In this document: positions 23,387 to 34,115 of the stretch, piece by piece
Position numbering within the stretch: the first letter of the stretch is position 1
Layout of the letters: every line of letters begins with the position of its first letter
Origin: Fimicolochytrium jonesii
Lineage: Eukaryota
Reading direction: 5' to 3'
Length of the DNA: 64,000 nucleotides
NCBI RefSeq assembly: GCF_025526975.1
Contig: NW_026515684.1
Location: forward strand, 496,001-560,000
Notes under the pieces: generated by a model
Seen by the model: only the letters and a program-made list of their open reading frames with translations
Databases searched by the model: none
Told to the model about the DNA's origin: nothing
Program-made: the position numbers and the translations under genes

Positions 23387-26300
23387 TCACGACGCTCCGA
23401 CTTTCTTCAACCCGGCCCCCCTCGCGATCCTCTCGATCGTCTGTTCCTTGACGACCTTCCCCGCCGCCTGGCCCAGCCCATCCACAACAATCGCAGCGTC
23501 AGGACTGAAAGTGGTGAGAACCGTGCGGGCGGCGCTCAGCAGCCGCCGGCCGAATTTCCAGATTTGGAACCAGAGCCAGAGTGTGAAGCCTAGGACTGCG
23601 GAGGAAAATAATAAAAGTGAGTTCAGATGCGGGGCGGGATAGGGAAGAAGAGGATGCGGTGGGGGGTACGGGAAGCAAAAAACAATACGTACATCCAAGC
23701 AACCAAGCAATAACCGAATAGTACCAATCCTCAAACGACCCCAGTGTATTCGGCGTCCCCTCGATCTGCTGGATGGCTTCTTCCATCACCTTCAACTGCC
23801 GCGAGATGTCTTCCGTGACTTCTTGCGTCATGGCGTCTAGGCCGGTCACCATGGCGCTGACGTGGGTGTGTGAGCTGTACGGGATGAATTGAGTGGGAGA
23901 GATTGCATTGTGTCAGTGGATTTAGGGGCGACATGGAGGGGAGCGACGCAAGGGGGGAACTCACCCAGAATTGGAAGCAGCGATATCCTGGCATTTGGCA
24001 TCCATAGCATCCAATCCGGCCCTCACAGCCTCCAACATGATCCTTAACCTGTCCTCCTCCGTGTCCATTCCCTTCTCAAATCCCGTATCAAACTTGGCGT
24101 CGACGTCCGTAGAGTTTTGGAAGATATGCGGCCGGTGGTCGTTGACGTCGTGTGAACTCGCAGAGCGCAGGATAAGCGGTATATGCGCGTCCCCGGTCGT
24201 GACAGCTTCGAGATTAGCAGCCGAGGACGCGCGCGAGGAGGAAGGAATAAGCGCGGCAGGTGACCAGCGGAGTGTGAATTGAGCTTGAGCGGCGATTCGG
24301 TCCTGCGATATCATCACAAGATATAAGTATCAACACACAGGGTGCAACCCACAGCATTGTGAACGAGACAACCTACCTCAACAGCCCCCCTGAAATCCTG
24401 CACACCAATAATCATCACATCCATGCGTCCCGTCAACGCCGTCAGGGCTTCCACCCACTCCGATTCCTCAGCTGTCAAGGGTGACTCCGGGTCGCGTTTC
24501 GATGGATACGTCCGGGTCTCCTCCGGGGAGGCGGTGCGGCGGGTATTGTACGCATGCGAATGGGACTGCGGTCGACCGCGATGCCCCCGGTCATGCTCCT
24601 CGTCGCCAGAGGTGGCGGAGGTGCCTGCGTCGTAAGCGGGGTTGTTGGTAATTTCGTTGGGACGTTTCTTGGTGCGGTGGAAGCGGTGGGGTTTGGGTGT
24701 GGTTGCTGTGCCGCTGCGGTGTGCGTCGTCGCTTCCATGTTGGGAGTTTTTGCCAAGGGAGGTTGAGGAGGCGTTCATGGAGCGGTTGCCCATAAAAGTT
24801 CGCTGGGTGAGATGAGGATAGAACGTAAGCTTAGTTCCGTTGCCCCGCTATGATAACAATACGTGCACCGGAGAACACGTTCCACGCTCGCAAGTGGTAA
24901 TATGCTCAACTCACCATCAACTTCCTCCTCTTCTTGACCTTCTCCGGCGCCTCCAAATAAGTACTACTTCCACTCTTCGACCTCACCATCGCCTTCCCGT
25001 CCCTATCCTCCTCCCCATCCGTACTACTACTCTCATACGCCCACAAATGCCCCTCCTCAACCTCCGCCGACGTCCGGCGATCTTTCTTCCCCGGTTTACT
25101 CTTAGCGTCGTCGGCAAACACGGCGTCAAAGTCGGAGGATAGGCCGCGATGGTGGCTGCTTCCGTCCAAGCCGCTGTCCGGGTTGGTGGTTTCGCCCCAC
25201 AGTTTTTTGCGACCGATTTTGTCGATCATGCCTTTTAGACGGCCTGAGGTTGGGCCCGCGGTGCGCTTATCGGCCTCGTCGGTGTCCGAGCCGAGACTCT
25301 CGTCGTGGAAGAGGGTGGGTTCCGTGGCGTTGCGGGCGGCGTTCAGCATGATGCGTTTCGATAATAGGCTCGGGGTATGTTCGCCGCTAGGCGGCAGCGA
25401 GTCATGATCGCCTTTATTTGTCCTCTGCTTGTCGCGCCACTCGGCCTCATTATATGATTGGGACCGCTGGGGAGCGAGGTGTCCCAATCTGTTCTTTTTC
25501 CCCAACTGCCTGGCTGCACCAGCGCTCTTTGCACCCCCGCTCTTCCCAACCGCTTTGACGTCGATGGTGAGGTCCAAATGGTTGTAGCTCTCCATCTCGC
25601 TCTGCGAGGTCGCTGGCAGGTCGTTCGGAGGGGCTTCCGACACCGCGTTGGCAGCCTGCTTCAGGGGGCTCGGGGCACGCATTTTCGGGCCGGTGCGAAT
25701 GGACCCATCAGCAGATTTGAGCGTGCGCGGGGATCCCTGCCGTGAGCGATCGGTGTCAATGCTCTCCTTTGCATCCGCACCAGTCTCCGCGTCGTGCATG
25801 GCCGTCGTGGCGTTGATAGACACGGACTGCCTCCTGATCCGCGTGTTGATGAGATGTTCGACGGTCCCCGCCAGGCTCTTCTTCCGTTCCAGGTTCCCCA
25901 GGTCGGACGATGAGGAGCCCGCGCCAAAGCCGCTGATGACATCGGCCTTTTTGTCGCGGAGACGATCCCAGAAGGCGGATTTTTTTCGCTTGTACAGCCG
26001 TGTAAGGGATTCCCGCTGCTCGCCGGTGGATATGTCCTCGACGCTTTTGCGTTGGTGTTGCTCAAGATCCATTTCCGAGGCGAGGTTGGATACGGAGGAT
26101 GCTGTTGTCTCCAAAGAGAGCTTGCCTTCCGGTTCCGACCCATCTGAGAGGTGCTTGGAGAAACCGGATCGCTGATCCGCCATGGAATTCCGGAGTGAGT
26201 TCTCCCCAGATACGAGGCCGAATCCCGCATCAGATAACCGGCGATCCTTTTCCTCCATCCCTTGCCGCGGGCTATCGTCTCCCCGCGAGTCCCCGTCGCC

Positions 26301-27974
26301 CGAACTGACCGCCCCCGTCAGGAACTGGGCAAACAGAGACGGACCTCCCGTATTGCTCTCCATCCCACCTGCTGGGCTGACACGTTGCGCTGCGCCTTCC
26401 ATCGAGTCCATCGAGTCCACTGACCGACGGTCAGACTTCAACCTGCGGGTATCTTCGTCGCTGCGGGATAAGCGACGATCGAGTGGCGGACGGTCCGACT
26501 CTTCATCCGAGCCGCGAGACTTTTTGCCGCGAGCGCGCCGCCACCGCTTCTGCAACCCTCTCACAACAGTCCCGATCCCCTCATCCATCGATTCGACCGA
26601 ACTCTGTGCGGAATGGTCATCCGTCTCATACTCCATGTCGGAACCGTTGGGCTTTTCGCCATAGAACTCTGTCAGCTCGCTGTTCCCGACAAGCCAGGTA
26701 TAGTACCGCAATTTCCATCGCTTTTGCTCCTCTGCGCCGGATCGGACTGCACGTTGCCACATCGTCCGACGCCATCGGATGATCTGCAACGGGTTATATG
26801 GGGTGTCCTCCTTTGCCAGGACGACGGATATCTGGTTGTAGCGGGTTTCTAGATACGCTTTGCAACGAGCGGCGCGAAGAAGGGTCTCCGGCGAAGCTAC
26901 AAATTGCGGATCAGCTGGGGTGGGTTGACTTTCGGCAGCGGTTTCTGGGGATTTTGTGACGGCGGCTGCGACCGGCGCTGCTGGACCGTTTTCCGGCAAG
27001 GTCGCCAGATGATTTTCGTCGGCGGTCCGACGGGAGGATCTGATGGACCGACGTGGTTCCATAATAGCATTGGTAATTACAGTTGCACCGAGCGTCTTGT
27101 CGGCCTGTGCTTTCTCGAGGTATTTTTGCGAAGCTATGTCCATAACTTGAAGTACATACGGATCATCATCTGGCACGCTTGAGAGCAACGAGCTTAGAGG
27201 CGGGGTCCCCGGGTTCGACTCGATCTGCGAGAAGCTGGTAACGCTCTGGCGGGAGTCGTACGAGGAATGGGAGATGACTGATTGTGGGTATCCGGACGAG
27301 ACGCTTATGGCCTGAGAAGTCAAGGATGGCCGTCGAAAACGCATAGAATACGCCGGCATAGAGGCGTTTGGTGGTGTCAACAAACCGGACGGGTAGGTAT
27401 CTACAGTCAAGCCGATATTTACAGGGCTGCCTCCACTTTGAGACACATTGCGAGTAGCGGGAGCGCTGGCGAAGGGCGAATCGCGATCGCGGAGATGTGA
27501 GGGAAGATGGTGAGTCCCGTAGGACTGCCCTCCCATACTCACGTGCCGATTGAGAGGTGACCCTTGGGGTCTCCGTCGTCCTGACCCAGTAGATATGCCC
27601 TCTGCCGCATAGGAGAACCGACGGCCAGCAGCGGGATCCTCGTTTGCGACTGAGATGGGTGCTTGCGATGTTGCTGCCACCGTGGACGGCGACGCTTTGG
27701 AGTCCCTGGCGCTATTCTCAGTGGGGACAGTTGGGGCGTGAGAGAGTGCGCCAAGGGTTCGACCGGATGGAGAGAGTGTGAGCCCGCGCGGAAACTCGTA
27801 ACTGGTTCTGTCATCTTCGGAGCTGGATGGTGGGACGGTGGCGATAGTGGGGATGGGTAATGGTATTGGTATCTGTAGTGGCGAGGCTGCCGCGGCTGGT
27901 GGTTGTGTGGTTGCTGTGGGAGTTGGGGAGGGGGCGGGTGTTGTAGTAGTGTTTCTCGTGGCCTTTTTCCCCAT
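23387..27974 (-). CDS. Large low-complexity protein with Mtc4-like motifs and a C-terminal membrane segment (multi-exon)
   Basis: 1022-codon first exon contains RAARCKAYLETRY...YNPLQIIRWRR...WLV...EL, which resembles fungal Mtc4. Downstream exons (24793-24314, 24317-23961, 23852-23690, 23600-23387; approximate) give a coiled coil and the hydrophobic WYYSVIAWLL..LGFTLWLWFQIWK. Confidence 0.7.
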
Positions 27975-28757
27975 CTCCCGATCATGTTTTGGTGGACGAT
28001 GAGAGCAGCTTCAGCGGGCAGGCGGCCGGGGACGTTTGCGAAGAATCCTCTGGGGGGGGGGGGGGGGGGGGGGTGGGGGTATAACGATCTCTTGCCTACG
28101 TACGTGAAGTGGCCTACTGTCCGTATGAAGCAGCAGTGGGTTCTTGGTGGGCGTGGGAATATTGGGGGTTTGCGGCGAGACGAGAAACAAGAGAAGCACG
28201 CAGCGGAAGGGGCGATTGACGGCATCATGGATGATTCATGCTCTTCGAGAGCACTCGCAACCCACGTGTATATGTATAATAAGACTTGCTTACTTTGCAT
28301 GCCTTTCTCTTGGGACACCGGCGGGTATGCATGTGCATAAATACAGTCATACCTACTATATGTACAATAATGTGCCTTTCATGTTGTTCTGCACGGGGGG
28401 CGTCCGATCCAAGAAGAGGAGGAAAGACGCAGAGCCCAGCCTCGCCCAGCGCCTCGCCTTTCCGCAACGCGTCTGGGACGTCATCAAGCCTTCGTGCGCT
28501 CGTTCACCTGAGAGCACTCCCTCGAAATGGGCGCTGGGAACGACGGGCTTGGAAGATACCTGGCAAATCCAATGATGAAGATCACCGTCACCTCTGATGT
28601 CTAGTATCGATCTATGGATTCATTTCACACGAGAAAATGGCGGGGGGACAAGAAGGACGGCATTTGAGCTATCCCTCGTCACTCTGTCGTCACATCAGGC
28701 AATGAACATGAATCGTCCCTTCAGAGTTCTTCCCCTCCCCTTTCGAGAGCGGTATGC

Positions 28758-28765
28758 ATATAAAA
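28758..28765 (+). promoter_or_regulatory. TATA box of the SDR gene
   Basis: (A)TATAAAAG about 70 bp upstream of ATG 28832. Confidence 0.5.
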
Positions 28766-28831
28766 GGGGGCGGCAAGGGTGTCCTCACCGCCCGTCGTCC
28801 AATCCCACATTGGACGCAGAAAGATAGATAG

Positions 28832-30267
28832 ATGCTCCGCACGTTAACTCGCAGCATCCGAACTACAAAACCCACTCCTATTCGTGCATCCCACTTCAAA
28901 TCCATCTCCCTCTTCACCCTCACCCCAACACGCGCAATGTCCTCCTCCAAAGCAAAGGACACAACCGCCTATCCCCAACCAGGCCAGGTACCGCCGCAAA
29001 CCCAACTGCACCACGACCAACCCGGACTCCAGTCAGAGATGACTCCCAAGCCTAATGATACGGAACTGGAGGCGGAGAATAAGGGGTTGGAGGAGTATAG
29101 GGGGAGCGGGAAGTTGGAGGGGAAGGTGGCGTTGATCACTGGTGGGGATTCCGGTGGGTATTGAAATGAAGCACTGAGGGAGTTGTAGTACGCGAGCGGA
29201 GCGAGCGAACAATCATCTTATTACACACGCATCGTGCTTGATGATGGTTGACGTTGGCTGATTCGATGGGCGGTGGTGAATGGGTCGATGGTTGATGGTT
29301 GACGTATTGATGTACACATCCATCGCTCTCCTCCTCCCCTCAGGAATCGGGCGCTCCGCCGCCATCATGTTCGCGAAAGAAGGCGCGAACGTCGCCATCG
29401 CCTACACGCCGCAAGAAGAACAGGACGCGCAGGAAGTCAAGCAGCGGATCGAGGCTGAGGGGCGTCAATGCTTGTTACTGGTACGTTCCCACCACCCATA
29501 CGGCCCACCACCGCACCGCATCTGATGCCCCGTTCCTCCCTTCGTTTAGCCCACCGACATCTCCATCGAACAGAACTGTTCAGACATCGTCTCCCGCACC
29601 GTCTCGACCCTCGGTCACCTCGACATCCTAGTCAACAACGCCGCAGTCCAATACATCATCCCCGACATAACTCAGCTCACAACCGCCCAACTCGAAAAAA
29701 CATTCAAAACAAACATCTTCTCCATGTTCTGGCTCGTCAAGGCCGCCGTGCCCCATCTGAAGACGGGCGCGAGCATCATCAACACGACGAGCGTGACGGC
29801 GTACAAGGGGAGTCCCAGTCTGCTTGATTACAGTAGCACGAAGGTACGTTCATGGGGGGGAGGTGTAAGCACGTACGGCAGATGAGAATTGACGCTTGTG
29901 ATTTTTCGTATAGGGCGCGATCGTCTCCTTCACCCGCTCGCTCGCCCTGCAACTCGCCCCCAAGGGCATCCGCGTCAACGCCATCGCCCCCGGTCCCATC
30001 TGGACGCCTCTCCAACCCGTCTCGCGGTCCGTTATCCCTCCCCTCTCGTCTCTCCCCCCCTTCCATCCCCCTCACACTAACTCAACCATTTCTATTCGTA
30101 GATCGGAGGAAAGTATCAAGGAATGGCAGGAAAAGACCCCCCCGCTCGGCAGGATCGGGCAGCCGGCAGAGTGTGGGCCCAGCTATGTGTTTTTGGCGAG
30201 TAAGGAGGGGAGCTATTACACGGGGCAGGTGTTGCATCCCAATGGGGGGCAGTGGTTGGGTGGATAA
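28832..30267 (+). CDS. Classical short-chain dehydrogenase/reductase (YhdF/YghA-like stress oxidoreductase), multi-exon
   Basis: [44 protein letters not shown], catalytic [21 protein letters not shown] and [13 protein letters not shown] at 30265-30267. Confidence 0.95.
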
Positions 30268-30610
30268 GAAGAGGTGGAGAGAGAGGGGAGGGTTGAATTG
30301 GGAGGCGCGGAAGGTTTCTTTTTCCCGCTGTTCTTGTATATTTGTTTCCGGAATTCGAAATCTACTGCTGAGCTTTGACCAACATGGCGGAGTTTGAGCA
30401 TAGGGCAGAAAGGACGAAGGAAAACTAGGATTCACAAAGAGCAGTAAACACCCGCAAACTGTAAAGCAAGCTCAAGCCGGGGGGGGACGCTCGGGACGTG
30501 CGCAAGCAGCAGGCCCTCCGCTGGCGAGCGCATCCGATCCCAACGACCGACTGCCCTGCACGGTCGACAGCTCGCGTTGACCGTGTCCTGCCGGGTTTCC
30601 CTCTCTTCGC

Positions 30611-30654
30611 GCATAGCCCACATAGCTTAACCCACATAGCTTAGTGCACATAGC
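30611..30654. repeat. Short tandem array, four copies of CATAGC (core CACATAGCTTA)
   Basis: gcatagcccacatagcttaacccacatagcttagtgcacatagc, at the edge of the decayed island. Confidence 0.8.
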
Positions 30655-30819
30655 GACCGTAGATGAATAAATGCGTTCTACAGCGGCTTGCCATTCCTCA
30701 TCTTCCTTTTTGTTCCCCAGATCCCCACTGCGCGAAGCAAGGAAGGATCTTCTCGATATCGTATTCGGCGTCGTCGTGCGGTAGTAATTGCGCTTCGATA
30801 GTGGCGCTTCGTTGATGGG

Positions 30820-33345
30820 TTACATCGCGAGCACTCGAAGATATGCCGCTCTTTTATTCGCTGTGAGCAGACCCAACGTCAGATACATGCGGGGATACAC
30901 GAAACTGAGCTTGAACGTTCGCCACTTGACGGCAGCTGAGTGGGTGTTTTGAAGGCGTTGGGCATCAGAACATATATGCGGAATTGTACATCCGTCTCCG
31001 TCCAACGATCTTCTTCCTCGTTCAGCAACTCGCTCCCAGTGGTTGCATCCCCACCTTCCGTCTCCCCGTGTGACGTCCCCTCCTCCTCTGCCTCCCAGTC
31101 TTCGGTGCCGTCGTCATCATCGTCGTTGTCTTCAAAGTTCATCTCTTCCCCCTCCACCGCTTCAAGATTCTCCCCCGTCTCCTTCGCATTCTGGTAGCGG
31201 GCCTGGTGATGTGCGACGAGGGTCCTCAGGTGGCGGCCTGCTTCATCCGAGTCCGCACCCTCCAACGCCCGACGGCGAATCTTACAGCGTGCTCGCAGCG
31301 ACGCCTTCTCTTTCTCACACACCGGGCCAGCTCCTCTTTTGCAAAGCTCCAATTTGTCATGGTCCCGCGCCCCTCGTCTTCCTGGTCTCCAGGGGCAGCG
31401 TTGAAAGGCCAAACTCGTGGGACGGCACGTACAGTTTTTCGCCATTCTGCCCCGTGTTGGATGCCTTCCCATCCAGCGTATGTCTTTACCGACAGAGACC
31501 GATGGTGATGTTTTTCCTCGGCAGGCCCGGACTCGTCACTCCCGTCCCAACCCTCCACCTGAATATGGCTAGATCCGGCCGCCTCAGTCCGCATTCCGGC
31601 ACTATCATGGCATGTCCCCTCCACCAGCGTGCTCCCGCTCTCGCTTTGTCGAGATTGAACGCGAGGTTTCTCGTCCTGTGTCCTCTCGACAGATGTGCTT
31701 CCGAAAAGGAGTTCCATCTGAATGAACAACGGCCAGTGAGATATCTAAACTGTCTCGTTTCGCTGGATCCGGGTGAATGGGTTCATCTTCATCTGTGACA
31801 AACGCCTTGAAGGCTTCAGCTGCTTGTCCTTGCTGATCATCCCGCCCCTTGAGAATGACTTGAACTTTGTGACCTATCACTATAGCTATCCATCCCCACA
31901 TCATGAGTCAATAGGCAACTTTGAGGATTGACCAAATATGGGGATGGATAGCTACAGAGTGATAGGCCCCGACTCTCCTCCGCGAGCAAGTCCATTTCAC
32001 CGCGACCGTTTCGTAACCGGGACGCCCAAGATCTGGCGGCACTCAGCTTTAGACTCTAGCAGCTTGGTGTGCTGCTCCGACTTCCCCCCGAGGAATAGCC
32101 AGTTTCCCGCCAAGTATCTGGTGCAGCGTTCGAGTGTTGTCCAGCTCAACAGCCAGGCCTGTACGTGCTTTCTCGACTGGGCCAGCTATTCCAGTAGTAG
32201 ACTGCGTCATTTTGCTCGTCGATCCAAATGTTGCGTTTCTTCATCCGCGTTTCGAAATACCACACTTCGGCGTCCGTTGCTTCATGTCCCCTCCTCAGCC
32301 GGCGATGACTATGTAAGAAGCCACCTTGTTCAGCTCCTCTGCCTTTCACGGAAATTGCGTGACTTGACGTCTCTTCACCACCCAACCGCTGAACGCTGGG
32401 TCCCAGTTGTGGGTGCGCCAATAGTAGAACCGAACTGCAGCCCAGTTTGGCTTCTTGAACTCGAGGCACCATTGTCGTAGAAACAGAATCCCCGCTGCAT
32501 ATCGTTGAGCTGGTCTTAACCTGCATCCCAGTCTGACCACTGACCATCCCGCAGACAACGCTATCGTGATAACAACAGTGGCACGGATATCCTCTGTGCT
32601 GCTGTCCGCATTTTCATACCCGATCCAACTACACCCCTGTCGCGCGGCACTGGACTCGATCCTAGCATATTTTTGATCGCCCATCTTGTGTCGCTTTGTC
32701 AAGGAAGTTATTTAAGCTAATCCTAATCCCCAGTACGACTAGGGCCGTGCCACATGTCACTCTGCGTTCATAAACCATCAACGCTTCCCAGTATGTCGTC
32801 CAAGGTCCTTCGTCCGACGCCCACTATGAAATAGGTGAGTGAAAGTTTCCAACCGCTCTGTTGATATTGACCATCTTCCGCACATCATCAGACGTGAGGC
32901 GTTTAACGTTCTGCGGGGCTTTGAGCTTCCTGAACTTGTTTGAACTGGCGGTTCAACTCCTCAACCCTTCACGGACTCGGTCAGGTTTGGCATGTCGGCC
33001 AATACTTCAGGGTGATTGAACGGTCGTCCATGAAAGGCAGTGACGAGAAATACGCTGTCTGCAAATGGCGACCGCTTGTAAGATTGCACGTTTCTTCGCC
33101 TCGACCGTGCGAACGAAGTTAGCCTCGGCTTCGGCGACGTCCGCGAGGGCGTTGTCGGTGGCCAGGTCCACCTCCGTGTTCGTGCGTGAGATCCAGCTTC
33201 AGACCGTAAGGCTCCGGGCAGTTCCTCCATTGAAACTGATTTCGCTTTCCGTTTTTTCTTGCAATTGCTATTGTGACAGCGAATTTCGAATCCCGGTTTC
33301 GACAGGGTGAGATAAATGTGGTTGCCGGAGTGTTCCCGCTTTGCA
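30820..33345 (-). pseudogene. Decayed primase-helicase-like (virus/Polinton-like) coding relic
   Basis: REHSGNHIYLTLSKPGFEIRCHNSNC (33261-33338) resembles the UL52/PrimPol zinc finger. IWIDEQNDAVYYWN and FKAFVTDEDEPIH resemble D5-like helicase segments. Many stops and frameshifts. Confidence 0.4.
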
Positions 33346-33379
33346 ACTAAATCTTGCTCGAATTCCGTAATTCGAGGAT

Positions 33380-33915
33380 TGGTGTAAGGGGCGAATCGTC
33401 CGCCACGACCGCCACGACTACCTCGACCGCGACTGGCTCCACGGCCGCCACGAGCACTTGTTGCCGAGGCAATCGGACGAGATGTATTGGCTTGGTTGCC
33501 ATCAGTGAACCCGTGAGCCACATGGGCACGACGAGCTGCAGTGATAGCTTGATCGAGAGTGATAGGGGTGTTGATATTGGTAGTGCCCGAGACTTCGAAG
33601 TTCGTAACGGCTTCAACGAGATAATGACCGATCACTGTATTCTTGAGAAGACCGGCCTTGAAGTAGCGAATTTGATCGATAAGAGGAATCGTGCCTTGAG
33701 TATTGTCGAGACGATGAGCGGCTTTGAGCTCATTATTGGTGTCTTGAAACTCCTTGATGTATTTCTCAAGAGAGTCACCGAGCTTGAGGTTGGATAACTT
33801 GAGCTCAATAGTATTACGCAGGTTGCGGGGGTAAAAGTGAGCGATAGGAGCCGTTTGAAAAGCTGCCCAATTTGCGGGAGGTCCGGCGGCGTAAGTCGTA
33901 TTGTACCACTTGAAG
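33380..33915 (-). mobile_element. Ty3/Gypsy-type retrotransposon Gag fragment (no pol, no LTRs seen)
   Basis: WYNTT...WAAFQTAPIAHFYP...KLSNLKLGDSLEKYIKEF...IRYFKAGL...TLDQAITAA followed by an RGG-rich tail RGRGSRGGRGGRFAPY (Retrotrans_gag pattern). Confidence 0.75.
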
Positions 33916-34115
33916 CGCGTCTGGTTACCCCCAACACTGTTTTGACCCCGAGACAACCCGCCCTTCGTCCGCGCTTTCCTTTCTGCTCCCTGCGTATATC
34001 GTCGACAGACATGTATTGGCAAAAGACGGGAGAATAGTACTATCTTACGCGGTCCCACGGGAGGGGCTATTTTTAAAGGAAATGTGCAAATGTATGGGAT
34101 CTACTGTGTGGGGTT

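Noticed and set aside
28052..28079. Long G and C homopolymers (also 15143-15160 and 19175-19195) as functional G-quadruplexes
   Set aside because: Simple homopolymers, common in this sequence and unreliable in length. No specific evidence of function.
30420..34080. Complete LTR retrotransposon, or a Fanzor/TnpB element
   Set aside because: No LTR or TIR pair, no RT, RNase H or integrase motifs and no RuvC motifs were found by eye.
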